This document shows, in pieces, positions 50,945 through 60,646 of a stretch of 64,000 nucleotides of DNA (its first letter is position 1; every line of letters begins with the position of its first letter). The notes beneath the pieces are model-generated. The model did not search any database. It was given only the letters and a program-made list of their open reading frames with translations, and was not told where the DNA came from. The stretch spans positions 10,465-74,464 of the forward strand of contig CAWVXU010000003.1 in NCBI GenBank assembly GCA_963934255.1, given 5' to 3'. Source of the DNA: an uncultured Fibrobacterales bacterium. GTDB taxonomy: Bacteria > Fibrobacterota > Fibrobacteria > Fibrobacterales > CAWVXU01. A program made the translations under genes and the position numbers.

Positions 50945-51743
50945 GTCCGCCCCCAATTTTCATCAGAGTCAGAATATTCCATTGTAAGCTGGCTAGATAT
51001 TGATCAAAAAGTTGATACATCATCGGAAATACATAAATCAGAGTCAATATTCCAATAAAAATTTTCACTGGCATTGACACCATCCAAACATTTAAATTGG
51101 GCATTGCTCGTGACATAAAAGCTAAACCAAGTAGGACGAGTAATGTGGTCACTAATACAGGAGCCGCCAAGCGAAGACCGGTGACTAAAGCTTCACTCAC
51201 CATATAAGTGAATACATGCGAAAACTTTTGAGCATCCCATTCCAACCCCATCACTGGTATGTAGGTATAGCTTTCAGCCATGACTTCGATAAAGAAAAAA
51301 TGATGGTTATTTAACAAGAACATGATCAAAAAAATAAACATAATGAGCTGAGTGAGGCTAGTAGAATTCTCACCAGTCTCCGGGTTGAGCATCGGCATCA
51401 TAGATAGCCCGACATTTCGATTAATAACTTCACCACCAAAATCAACAAATACAAATAATAGACCACCAGCAAAACCAATAATGACTCCCACTGCAACTTC
51501 TTTCATTACGATTAGTATGAGGTGAGCCACTTCTGGTGTATAAGGGACCTGAGTATCTTTGAGATGTGGAAAAATCACAACTGACAATATAAAGGCAAAA
51601 CCCACCTTTAAACGAGCTGAGACATTGCTGTTTTTGAGTATCGGAAACAAAAACACCATAGCTGACATCCTCACTAGGACCAAGAAAAAGAGCTCTAACT
51701 GAGCAACTGTAACATCAAGAATAGACGCAGCTTGTTCGAGCAT
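50937..51743 (-). CDS. fliR: Flagellar export protein FliR
   Basis: FFLVLVR, KEVAVG, LAAP, SRAMPNLNV, PVKI; between fliQ and flhB. Confidence 0.93.
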   Translation of the reverse strand: MLEQAASILDVTVAQLELFFLVLVRMSAMVFLFPILKNSNVSARLKVGFAFILSVVIFPHLKDTQVPYTPEVAHLILIVMKEVAVGVIIGFAGGLLFVFVDFGGEVINRNVGLSMMPMLNPETGENSTSLTQLIMFIFLIMFLLNNHHFFFIEVMAESYTYIPVMGLEWDAQKFSHVFTYMVSEALVTGLRLAAPVLVTTLLVLLGLAFMSRAMPNLNVWMVSMPVKIFIGILTLIYVFPMMYQLFDQYLASLQWNILTLMKIGGGHG

Positions 51744-51752
51744 TCTATTGAC

Positions 51753-52022
51753 CTAGGGTAGAATTTGTGGAATTAAAGCCATTATTTCATCAAAAAACAG
51801 CTTAAATTGGTGTGCCATTGTCGGCATCATAAAAAGAAGTACAGCGCCTACACCCAAAACTTTAGGGATAAAGGTCATGGTCATTTCATTTAGCTGAGTC
51901 GCTGATTGGATCAACGATATCGTGAGTCCTATAACGAGTGCAGCAATCAACATGGGTCCACCCATTTGAAGCATAGTGATCAAAGCCTTACGACCAACAT
52001 CAATGACTAATAATTCACTCAT
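51753..52022 (-). CDS. fliQ: Flagellar export protein FliQ
   Basis: GLTISLIQSATQLNEMTMTFIPK. Confidence 0.96.
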   Translation of the reverse strand: MSELLVIDVGRKALITMLQMGGPMLIAALVIGLTISLIQSATQLNEMTMTFIPKVLGVGAVLLFMMPTMAHQFKLFFDEIMALIPQILP

Positions 52023-52032
52023 TTAAAACCTT

Positions 52033-52785
52033 CTACCTAAAACTCAGCACGACTTGTCGCACCACGATATGCCAACCATCAACCATGACAAACAAAATAA
52101 GTTTAAATGGCATAGAGATCATCACTGGAGGTAGCATCATCATCCCCATTGACATCAATACAGAAGCAACTACCATGTCTATCACCAAAAATGGAATATA
52201 CAGCAGAAATCCAATAATAAAAGCCGTCTTGAGCTCAGATAAGATAAAAGCGGGTATTAATACCGGCATACCTATATCGGCAATACTTTTAGGGTTCTCT
52301 GTTTTAGATATCCTTAAAAAGAGCGCCAATTCTTTTTCTGAAGTTTGACGTAACATGAAATTTTTGAGCGGCCCAACCGCCTCATCGATGGCGACTTTGT
52401 AATCAATCTCCTTATTGAGATAGGGTTGCAGAGCATTCTCATTAATCGCATTAATCGTCGGCTGCATAATAAAAAAGGTCAAAAATAGAGCAAGACCCAT
52501 AACCACTTGATTAGGGGGTGCATTTTGAGTACCCATTGCTTGCTTCAGGAAATTAAGCACAATCACAATTCGAGTAAATGAGGTCAACATGATAATAATC
52601 GAAGGAGCTAATGACAAAACAGTCAATAATGCAACAATTTCAAGGGTAACAGCTACATCTTCCACACTCTTGGCTTGCTCAACACCAATGGTAAATTTGG
52701 GTGCAGCAATTTGAGCGAAGACTTCAGAAGCGCCAAATAAAAACAATACTCCAAATAATAAGAGTAGATTAGGAAGGCGTGTCAT
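52033..52785 (-). CDS. fliP: Flagellar export protein FliP
   Basis: LSLAPS, TSFTRI, PPNQV, PAFILSELKTAF, GMMMLPP, PFKLILFV. Confidence 0.97.
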   Translation of the reverse strand: MTRLPNLLLLFGVLFLFGASEVFAQIAAPKFTIGVEQAKSVEDVAVTLEIVALLTVLSLAPSIIIMLTSFTRIVIVLNFLKQAMGTQNAPPNQVVMGLALFLTFFIMQPTINAINENALQPYLNKEIDYKVAIDEAVGPLKNFMLRQTSEKELALFLRISKTENPKSIADIGMPVLIPAFILSELKTAFIIGFLLYIPFLVIDMVVASVLMSMGMMMLPPVMISMPFKLILFVMVDGWHIVVRQVVLSFR

Positions 52786-53390
52786 GAATGGCTCTCCGGG
52801 TTTTTCTTGAATTTGGCCAGCAGTTGATTCACCGTTTGTGAAAATTCAACACCACTAGTACTCGGCGCCAATAACTCAGGATCAAGGGTTGATTTATCTA
52901 ATTCTTTAAGATATGAAATATTTTCATTGGTGACTCCAAGTAAAACGAATTCATTTTGAATTCGAGCAATCACAAGTCTTTGATTAGGGCCGATCAATTT
53001 GGTTTGAACAACTTCAAGGTCAATCGTTTGAGTACTCTCTTGACCCCATTTGGCGTTTTGAAGTTTCTTAATTAGATAAACTGTTAAGAATATCAGACCT
53101 ATGACAAGTGCCAAACCCAAAACGGTCTCAACTAAGAGACCAGAAACACTTCGAGTGACCGTTTCCTGGACAGGAGTTGAATCAGGTATTGCGTCATTTA
53201 TTTCATTGACACGCTTTAACTTACCCTCCATGGAGCCAACCTCAACACCTGAAACTGAATTAGTAGATGAATCAAATTGTTCATATTTTTCATATTGGTC
53301 ATCTTTATCAATTTGGCCATCTTGAGCTGAAAAAACTGCCGTGGGCACTAAGCCCAGTAAAACGAATATAATTGCAAATAAAATGTGCAT
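52782..53390 (-). CDS. fliO: FliO/FliZ-type export scaffolding protein
   Basis: Signal-like N-terminus, TM helix, IGPNQRLVIARI..EFVLLGVT..NISYL; upstream of fliP. Confidence 0.82.
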   Translation of the reverse strand: MHILFAIIFVLLGLVPTAVFSAQDGQIDKDDQYEKYEQFDSSTNSVSGVEVGSMEGKLKRVNEINDAIPDSTPVQETVTRSVSGLLVETVLGLALVIGLIFLTVYLIKKLQNAKWGQESTQTIDLEVVQTKLIGPNQRLVIARIQNEFVLLGVTNENISYLKELDKSTLDPELLAPSTSGVEFSQTVNQLLAKFKKNPESHS

Positions 53391-53409
53391 GAAGAATCCT
53401 TAAAGTTGA

Positions 53410-54459
53410 TTACTTCAGAAATTTAATCCGTTCTTCCGGAGTTACCAAGGAAACAATGCGAATTCCGAAATATTCATCAACAACAACGACCTCGCCTTTG
53501 GCCACAACCTTGTCATTTATTAGAATATCAACCGGTTCTCCTGCAAGTCGATCCATCTCAACAATGGAACCCGGGCCGAGCTCTAATATACGGCGAATAG
53601 ACAGATTCGTACGCCCCAACTCAATCGTAAGGTCAAGCGGGATATCCATTAACATGTCTAATGCACGAATACCAGTAGAATCAAATAAGCTGGCAGAGGC
53701 GCCTAATGCGTTGAAATTTGCCGCAGACTTATCAAACGCTCCAAGGCTAGCAAAAGCATCTCCCCCTAAAGTCTCTCCGACATTAGCTGGTTCACCTGCG
53801 CTTGATCCCGAATCACTCACTCCTAACTTGTCATCAATACTTGAAACCAAGGACTCACTGAAGACAAATAATAATGAAACATCCTCCATTCCATCAATTT
53901 TGAGATCAATAATACCCACAATACCAGGGCTTGAAATCATTGCAGAAGGTTTAAACGCAGTTGTTACTGACTGCGAAATACTTAGACTAAGGTCCAATTC
54001 AGCGGCAATCACAGTATTTACTGCACCCATCCATTGATTGACTAGCTCACTTAAAGCATCCATATGGTCATCTTCAAATTTAGCCTTACCATCGCCCATC
54101 ATCATAAAATCTGAAAGTAAAGCGGTAGTTCCTTTGGTGATAATGATGCTAAAATCACCTTGTAGATCATTTTCAAAACCAACCCGAACTTGAAGAGAGT
54201 CAGTTAAAAAACGAGAAACAACAGCTTCATCAATATTTTGTAAAGCACTGAGTTTAAAATCAACATTTTTGGATATAATTGTCGTCACCACACTAGATGC
54301 TTGTTCTGTAATCAGCTTGAGTACAGGTCTGACAATTTCTGGATCTAAACCACCAGATGAACCTGAGCCACTAGAGCCACCATCATCCGATCCGCCGCCG
54401 CCCATTATTCCGGCAAGAGCATCTATATCCGCTTGACTGAGTAATCCATCATCGCTCAT
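53410..54459 (-). CDS. fliY: Switch protein FliY (CheC-like domain fused to FliN domain)
   Basis: LSQADIDAL CheY-binding peptide, DALSELVNQWMG (ExxN), C-terminal DIPLDLTIELG...AGEPVD...GEVVVVD..FGIRI. Confidence 0.88.
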   Translation of the reverse strand: MSDDGLLSQADIDALAGIMGGGGSDDGGSSGSGSSGGLDPEIVRPVLKLITEQASSVVTTIISKNVDFKLSALQNIDEAVVSRFLTDSLQVRVGFENDLQGDFSIIITKGTTALLSDFMMMGDGKAKFEDDHMDALSELVNQWMGAVNTVIAAELDLSLSISQSVTTAFKPSAMISSPGIVGIIDLKIDGMEDVSLLFVFSESLVSSIDDKLGVSDSGSSAGEPANVGETLGGDAFASLGAFDKSAANFNALGASASLFDSTGIRALDMLMDIPLDLTIELGRTNLSIRRILELGPGSIVEMDRLAGEPVDILINDKVVAKGEVVVVDEYFGIRIVSLVTPEERIKFLK

Positions 54460-54480
54460 GATGTCCTCCTTCTCTTAAAC

Positions 54481-55515
54481 TTATTGCTCATCGCCGACTT
54501 CTCGGTCTATCACTGAAGTGATTTGAACTGATTTTTTACGTCCTACAATTCCAGGCTTAGCAAGGAACTTAGGTTGATTGCCAACAAATAGAACTAAGTC
54601 TGAATTGGCCGGTTTATCTAGAACTAATACGTCGTCTTTTTTGAGCTGCATGAAATCTCGAACTGTCATACTGAGTTCACCAATTCTAGCCGAGGCTACA
54701 GAGGGTGTTTCACTCAACTCTTTTTCAACTAAACGACGAGTTTCTTGAGTAGTAGTTTTCTGTGAAGAAATCCAAGTCTCACCGGATAATTTTTCAATCA
54801 CCGACTCAAGTAAAATGAATGGGAAACACATGGACATAAGGCCTGATCCATTTTTCATACGAACCTCGTATGAAATCAAAATCACGGTTTCACCGGGCGG
54901 TGCAATTTGCACAAACTGAGGATTGGTTTCATAACTCTCAATTTTGGGTGAGAAAATACCAATGTTTTCCCACACTTCTTTAAGATCAACCAATGCTCGT
55001 TCAATGATTTTATTCATCACCGATAACTCAATATCAGTAAGCTCTCGGTTTTGTTCAGAGTTTTTACCTATACCACCAAAAAGTCTATCCAGCATCAAAA
55101 ACATCAGAGCTGGATTCATTTCTAAAATAGCTGACCCTTCCAAAGGTTCCATTTGAAAAATGTAAATACAAGACGGACTTGCTATTGACATGATCACTTC
55201 TTGATAAGTCAGTTGATCCACCGAGACCATCTCAATTTCAACGAGAGTTCTTAAAAAAGAAGTTAAATTTGTTGAAAGTAATCGAGCATAACCTTCGTGT
55301 AAATTTTGTAAAGTACGGACTTGTTCTTTAGAAACACGATCCGGTCTTTTAAAATCATAAATGTTCACAGTTGTAAACTTATCTACAGGTGGAGCAAGTG
55401 ATACAGGTCCACCGTTCGATGCAACAGGCGCTACAGCTACTTCGTCACCAAAGTCTCCACTAGATACAGCAGATAATAAGGCGTCGACTTCTTCTTGGGA
55501 TAGTATATCGCTCAT
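54481..55515 (-). CDS. fliM: Flagellar motor switch protein FliM
   Basis: LSQEEVDALL, YDFKRPDR, DRLFGG, ELTDIE, ETNPQFVQI. Confidence 0.96.
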   Translation of the reverse strand: MSDILSQEEVDALLSAVSSGDFGDEVAVAPVASNGGPVSLAPPVDKFTTVNIYDFKRPDRVSKEQVRTLQNLHEGYARLLSTNLTSFLRTLVEIEMVSVDQLTYQEVIMSIASPSCIYIFQMEPLEGSAILEMNPALMFLMLDRLFGGIGKNSEQNRELTDIELSVMNKIIERALVDLKEVWENIGIFSPKIESYETNPQFVQIAPPGETVILISYEVRMKNGSGLMSMCFPFILLESVIEKLSGETWISSQKTTTQETRRLVEKELSETPSVASARIGELSMTVRDFMQLKKDDVLVLDKPANSDLVLFVGNQPKFLAKPGIVGRKKSVQITSVIDREVGDEQ

Positions 55516-55525
55516 TTTAAACCTC

Positions 55526-56104
55526 TTACTGGATTAGGAATTTATCCAAAAAGGTCGTTCTAATTATGCCACCACTGGATTTATCTTCACTTGGTTCTGG
55601 CAATATAAGATTGACATCATTTTTAATTGTTTCAGTAATGTTTCTTTTACCTTCGCTCGTCTGCATCTCACTGAGTGGTCGACTGGAGACTTGACGAATA
55701 ATAATATCTTTAATTTTCGGCATTCTAGCATCTAGAAGTTCTTGCATTTGAATATAGTCAGCTTCCCACTCGAGTTGAACACCTAATACTGCATATCTAG
55801 ATCCATCTGTCCCTAAAATATTGACAGTCACTTCAATAGGCTCTGGTAGGGTGAGTCCCATTGAGGTGTTTTTACGTTTTTCTTCGGCTGATTTTTTATC
55901 AGCAGCATCCATCGCTTTTTTTGCTTTGTTCTCTTTTTTAATGAACTTCTCACCAATATATATTGCTAATCCAATTTGAACTCCAAGTAGTACTACAAAA
56001 AATACCGCGACAATAATGACACGCTTTCCAACAGCAGGCTTTTTGCCACCAACATCTTCTGCTTCTGCTTCTGCTTCTACTTCTTTATTTTCTTCATCAG
56101 CCAT
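55526..56104 (-). CDS. fliL: Flagellar basal body-associated protein FliL
   Basis: Single TM, VNI..TDGSRY, PKIKDIII, EGK, KFLIQ end. Confidence 0.9.
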   Translation of the reverse strand: MADEENKEVEAEAEAEDVGGKKPAVGKRVIIVAVFFVVLLGVQIGLAIYIGEKFIKKENKAKKAMDAADKKSAEEKRKNTSMGLTLPEPIEVTVNILGTDGSRYAVLGVQLEWEADYIQMQELLDARMPKIKDIIIRQVSSRPLSEMQTSEGKRNITETIKNDVNLILPEPSEDKSSGGIIRTTFLDKFLIQ

Positions 56105-56113
56105 TGTGACCCT

Positions 56114-56833
56114 CTATTCTTTTACTTTATCTTTTTCATCAACATAGTCGACAAAAATTTCAATACGTCTATTTTTAGCTCGATTTGCAGGAGAAGTGTT
56201 TGGGACAGATGGTCTAAACTCACCAAATCCTACCGCACTCATATACTGAGGAGCTATACCAGTATTTTTAGAGAGAGTTTTCACTACACTCAAGGCTCTC
56301 ATGGAAGACAATTCCCAATTGGAACCAAATTTACCACCGCGCAATGGAACATCATCCGTATGCCCTTCTACTCGTATTTTCAAATCTTCGTTTTGTTTCA
56401 AGATCTTAGAAATTTCTTCAATGATAACTTCACCTTGTTCCATCAAATCTGCTTGACCCGATTGGAAACTTCCATCCTGCAGCTTGATATGAATACCCTC
56501 TTCAGTCACCTTGACTTTTACAGCATCATCCAAATTCTTAGTTTCTAAAGTCTCTTCCATTTTTTTGGCATCTTCTAATGCCTGCTTACGTTTTGACTCA
56601 TCCCCAGAATATTTAGGGATCTCAACAAAAGGCATCACTGCCACTGTCGGAAAAGACGTCATCACTCCGAACGCCGCTTGCAGAGACTGAGTTGTTATCA
56701 TAAATTTAGTCGGTTCAAATGAAGCCATAGAAATCAGAAGTACAAAAAATGTGAGCAGCAATGACATGAGGTCCCCGAAGGTCATCATATATGCCGGAGC
56801 ACCTTTTTTGCATGGTGGACATTTATCAGGCAT
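56114..56833 (-). CDS. motB: Stator subunit MotB/PomB
   Basis: APAYMMTFGDLMSLLLTFFVLL, VEGHTD, SNWELSSMRA, NRRIEI; start probably MPDKC at 56833. Confidence 0.95.
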   Translation of the reverse strand: MPDKCPPCKKGAPAYMMTFGDLMSLLLTFFVLLISMASFEPTKFMITTQSLQAAFGVMTSFPTVAVMPFVEIPKYSGDESKRKQALEDAKKMEETLETKNLDDAVKVKVTEEGIHIKLQDGSFQSGQADLMEQGEVIIEEISKILKQNEDLKIRVEGHTDDVPLRGGKFGSNWELSSMRALSVVKTLSKNTGIAPQYMSAVGFGEFRPSVPNTSPANRAKNRRIEIFVDYVDEKDKVKE

Positions 56834-57605
56834 CTGCGTTAGCTTCTGCAAACTCGAGACGTTTGGCCGGTTCGATAAATGCCGTTAATTTCAATTCGAC
56901 AATTCTAGGGTTATCACCAGACTGTAGACTCATGATACCCTCGAGCATCATGTTTTTTATGGCAAGTTCCTCATCTGAGTATTTCTTCAGTTTAAGCGCA
57001 AAAGGAGTGAAGAAAAGATTCGCAACAACTGCACCATACAAAGTTGTAATGAGTGCAACAGCCATCGCCGGCCCAATATTTGCAGGGTCAGACATATTGG
57101 CCAGCATCAAAACCAGCCCTACTAGTGTTCCAATCATTCCAAAGGCTGGACAGATTGCCGCAATATTCTCTACAAGGTCAATATTGACTTTATGACGGTC
57201 GTCAATAAATGCCACCTCTGTGTTTAAAATGTCCTTGATTAATTCCGGTTCAGTTCCGTCAACAGCTAGTTGAATTCCTTTTTTGAGAAATTCATCAGTG
57301 ATTTCTTCGGTACGAGCTTCAAGTGAAAGGATTCCCTCTCTACGAGCTTGCTCTGCAAATGAAACAACAAGTTTAATCGTTGCAACAGTATCATTGATCT
57401 GAGGAACAAAGGCGTTTTTAAGTATGGACGGTAAGTGTTTTACAAGTGAAGGAGGGTATGCCACAAAAATTGCACCAAGAGTTCCGCCAATCACAATACC
57501 CGCTGAAGGGGAGTCAACAAATAACAGTAGATTTGCTGGACCCACACCCACCATAAGAATCAAGAGGGTCGCAAAAATAATTCCACCAATGGTACCTAAG
57601 TCCAC
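56826..57605 (-). CDS. motA: Stator subunit MotA/PomA
   Basis: IVIGGT, ARREGILSLE, PAFGMIGTLVGL, MAVALITTLYG, GDNP. Confidence 0.96.
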   Translation of the reverse strand: MDLGTIGGIIFATLLILMVGVGPANLLLFVDSPSAGIVIGGTLGAIFVAYPPSLVKHLPSILKNAFVPQINDTVATIKLVVSFAEQARREGILSLEARTEEITDEFLKKGIQLAVDGTEPELIKDILNTEVAFIDDRHKVNIDLVENIAAICPAFGMIGTLVGLVLMLANMSDPANIGPAMAVALITTLYGAVVANLFFTPFALKLKKYSDEELAIKNMMLEGIMSLQSGDNPRIVELKLTAFIEPAKRLEFAEANADA

Positions 57606-57743
57606 AATAAGCCACCTTTCACATTTTTAGAGGCTTCCCACCTCAAAGTTTTAAAACTTGTCAACATACTACATCCTAGTGAAAGTGCCACTGTATAAAA
57701 TATACATCATATCAAGTGGCCTCTCAATTAAGAGCTATTTAAA

Positions 57744-59852
57744 TTAACGTTTTAGAGAAACCAGCTCTTCTAAAAGTGAATCCGATACAGTAATTACACG
57801 AGAGTTGGCTTGGTAACCACGTTGAGTAGTTATCATTTCAGTAAATTCTCTTGACAGTTCCACATTGGAAAGCTCGAGTGCACCTGGTTTGATTTTTGAA
57901 CGACCTTCTCCAGCTGTAGTATAAACGGGATCACCTGAGTTATTTGAAATAGAATAAACTGAGTCAGCAACCTTTTGAAGGCCGCCTGGGTTGGTAAAAT
58001 CAACCAGCATTATCTGAGCTAGAGCCCTGTTAGTGCCATTTGAAAAAGTACCAGTAACATATCCAAGCTCGTCAATTGAAATATCTGAAAGTGAACCCGT
58101 GCCATAACCATCTTGAAGAACAGCCGACACTGAAGTTGGAGCTTCAAATTGTGTTACTCCTTGGAAATTACCTGGACCCCCCAAGTTGAGATTGACATCC
58201 ATTGATCTTGCACCATTATTAGGGTCAACTGACAATCGACTTGAGCCATCATTAAAGCTAAAGGCTGCAACTGAACCATCTTGACCAAAGCTAAGCGAAC
58301 CTGAACCGCCACTTAGGATGTTTTCATCACCACCCATTGAAACATCCCAATTCCACTCCCCTGGTGTTCCGGAATGAACATAGGTCATTGTCATGACATG
58401 TGTTGCACCAGTTTCATCATAAACAGTAATGGATGTATCATATACCCCTGTATCGCGAGCTTGTTGAAATTCAACTGTGGATGAATTTTGAATAAAATTA
58501 GTTGGACTTGTTGCATCAAGGTCGCTGTTTTCTGCGCTAATACTTAGACCTGAAATAGCAAATGTATCACCTTGTTGTCCACGAATCACAATTGACCCAT
58601 CAGTGAGATTATCATTAGTAAAGGCTCCATTCATGGAAACCGAAAGGTTATCGTTGATTGAACCATCACGCTCAGGTAAATGTAATTCGTCACGAATATG
58701 ATTAAGTAACTCCTGCATGGTGCCAATTCCACCAGCACCCGCAATAGCAGTTACATTTTTTGAAGTCGTCCCTAAGGAGTCATCACCCACATTAGCTGTC
58801 ACAGAAATCGGGTCACCTACTTCAAGACCAAGACCTCGCCCCTCATCATCATAGAGACCAATAACCGTGTCAGCTGCTCGCGCAGGACGTCTCATTGTAT
58901 CACTATTTTCTATGTCACCAACCCCCATAGTTGACGGGAAGAAAAACGCTGTTGATAAGAAGCCATTCGATAAAGGATTGTCACTTGAAAGTCGAAGATT
59001 AGAAATCGCAGCACCTGCAATTACTTCTACTGATCCATCGGCTTGAACCGTCGCACTAGAACCTGGTGCTCCACCATTGATAAAGTTAGTCATCGCAGTT
59101 TCTAAATCATCGATAGTCGTAGTATCATCAAGAACCAAAGTTGTATTGGTAATACCACCACCAAAGTCTGCAGAAAGGGTAATCACATCAGCACTTTTCA
59201 TGCCTAAGCTTTCGCCTTTTGAATTATATAATTCATGTACAAGTGTTCCGCTACCAGCATCAGCATTACTTAAGAAACGCTGAGTGTTAAGGACAGTGCC
59301 ACGAGCACTTGAATCAGAATTAAGATTACGAGAGAAGTTGACCTCTTCAGTCGTATTAGCAGGAGATTGTTCATCAAATGGAATCTTAATATCATCAACA
59401 ACAGTGCCTGCTGGAAAACCACCTGTGTTATCAGCAATCTTACCTTGAAGTACAAAACCATTTGTTGGAAGTGTTAGTGAACCTGCAGCGTCAATTTGAA
59501 AAGCACCATTTCTAGTATAATGAGTCTTATCGCCATCAGCCACCGCAAAATATGAATTACCTTCAATCGCAAGATCAGTTATTTGCCCTGTTGAAGAGAT
59601 ATTACCTTGAGTCAGCAATGTATCAACTGAACCAATAGACATCCCCAAACCTACTTGTACTGGATTGGTTCCACCGGCACCACCTGGTGGACGCGCAGAA
59701 CCCTCTAATAGTTGTGAGAATGACTCTTCAAATGTCACACGTTGTGACTTAAAGCCAACAGTATTTACATTGGCAATGTTATTACCGATGGTGTCCATAC
59801 GAATCTGGTGATTCTGTAGACCTGAGATACTTGAGTATAGTGAACGTAACAT
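57744..59852 (-). CDS. flgE: Flagellar hook protein FlgE (long form)
   Basis: MLRSLYSSISGL, GNNIANVNTVGFK, DLAIEG, YTRNGAF, LELSNVELSREFTEMITTQRGYQANSR. Confidence 0.96.
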   Translation of the reverse strand: MLRSLYSSISGLQNHQIRMDTIGNNIANVNTVGFKSQRVTFEESFSQLLEGSARPPGGAGGTNPVQVGLGMSIGSVDTLLTQGNISSTGQITDLAIEGNSYFAVADGDKTHYTRNGAFQIDAAGSLTLPTNGFVLQGKIADNTGGFPAGTVVDDIKIPFDEQSPANTTEEVNFSRNLNSDSSARGTVLNTQRFLSNADAGSGTLVHELYNSKGESLGMKSADVITLSADFGGGITNTTLVLDDTTTIDDLETAMTNFINGGAPGSSATVQADGSVEVIAGAAISNLRLSSDNPLSNGFLSTAFFFPSTMGVGDIENSDTMRRPARAADTVIGLYDDEGRGLGLEVGDPISVTANVGDDSLGTTSKNVTAIAGAGGIGTMQELLNHIRDELHLPERDGSINDNLSVSMNGAFTNDNLTDGSIVIRGQQGDTFAISGLSISAENSDLDATSPTNFIQNSSTVEFQQARDTGVYDTSITVYDETGATHVMTMTYVHSGTPGEWNWDVSMGGDENILSGGSGSLSFGQDGSVAAFSFNDGSSRLSVDPNNGARSMDVNLNLGGPGNFQGVTQFEAPTSVSAVLQDGYGTGSLSDISIDELGYVTGTFSNGTNRALAQIMLVDFTNPGGLQKVADSVYSISNNSGDPVYTTAGEGRSKIKPGALELSNVELSREFTEMITTQRGYQANSRVITVSDSLLEELVSLKR

Positions 59853-59876
59853 GTTTTACCTCTTCTTATTCTTCTT

Positions 59877-60635
59877 CTAATTTTTTTCAATAACTTGCTT
59901 GATTGCACCCAAGCTATAAGCTGTGCCATTAACTTCGATTTCTGCACCGTTAGCGCCATAAGTCACGCCGTTGACAGGTGCTTCTTGATACAAAAAGCCT
60001 TTGGAATTTTTACCTGTTGAATCCACGATTCTAAATCCATATTGACCGCTCGTGGCCTTGGTACCTTCATTCATCGTGTCGCCATTCCAAGTAACTTCGT
60101 AATCACCTGTGCCATTGTTGCCCAGCGCTTTTATATAAACTTGTTCACCTGATTCGTCTATTACTTGTAGATAAGCCGACCCACCTGCATCAACGTGAGC
60201 ATCCATTTTTACATTTTGGACACCATCAAAGTTCTGAATAGGTTGAGCAACTCGCGCCACTTTACCAAGAAGACTTGTTGCGCTTGAATTATTCATTGAT
60301 GATGAAATCATCGTTTGAGACTCTGAAAAAGTTTTCATGGAATTGGCTAAATCTCCTATGTTTTTTTCAACATTTTGCGAAGATTCTAGACTTGAAAATT
60401 GAGCTAACTGCGCGACAAATTCTTGGTCACTTGTTGGCGATAGGGGATCTTGATTTTGAAGTTGAGTCACTAGAAGATTTAAGAAAGCTTCTTTACCCAT
60501 TGAATCTTCTGCTTCAAAAATTTTTGTATCGCCAGCTTCGGTTATTGTTGAACCTTCAGAGTTTGAGCTCACAGAACGAGTACCATACTCTTCTAAGCCC
60601 ATCATTGTTTTTTGTAATTGTGATTCTACTTGCAT
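59877..60635 (-). CDS. flgD: Hook capping protein FlgD
   Basis: FLNLLVTQLQNQDPLSP, QLAQFSSLE, LLGK, WNG. Confidence 0.95.
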   Translation of the reverse strand: MQVESQLQKTMMGLEEYGTRSVSSNSEGSTITEAGDTKIFEAEDSMGKEAFLNLLVTQLQNQDPLSPTSDQEFVAQLAQFSSLESSQNVEKNIGDLANSMKTFSESQTMISSSMNNSSATSLLGKVARVAQPIQNFDGVQNVKMDAHVDAGGSAYLQVIDESGEQVYIKALGNNGTGDYEVTWNGDTMNEGTKATSGQYGFRIVDSTGKNSKGFLYQEAPVNGVTYGANGAEIEVNGTAYSLGAIKQVIEKN

Positions 60636-60646
60636 GACAATTCCCT

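Noticed and set aside
53456..54037. 193-aa plus-strand ORF, and many other 60-160 aa ORFs opposite long genes
   Set aside because: They lie antisense to or out of frame within well-supported genes (fliY, sucCD, clpC and others) and show no family motifs; treated as shadow ORFs.
57672..57722. TGGCAC and an imperfect inverted repeat between flgE and motA as a sigma54 promoter
   Set aside because: GG-N10 is followed by AG, not GC; the repeat may be a weak hairpin but is not convincing.
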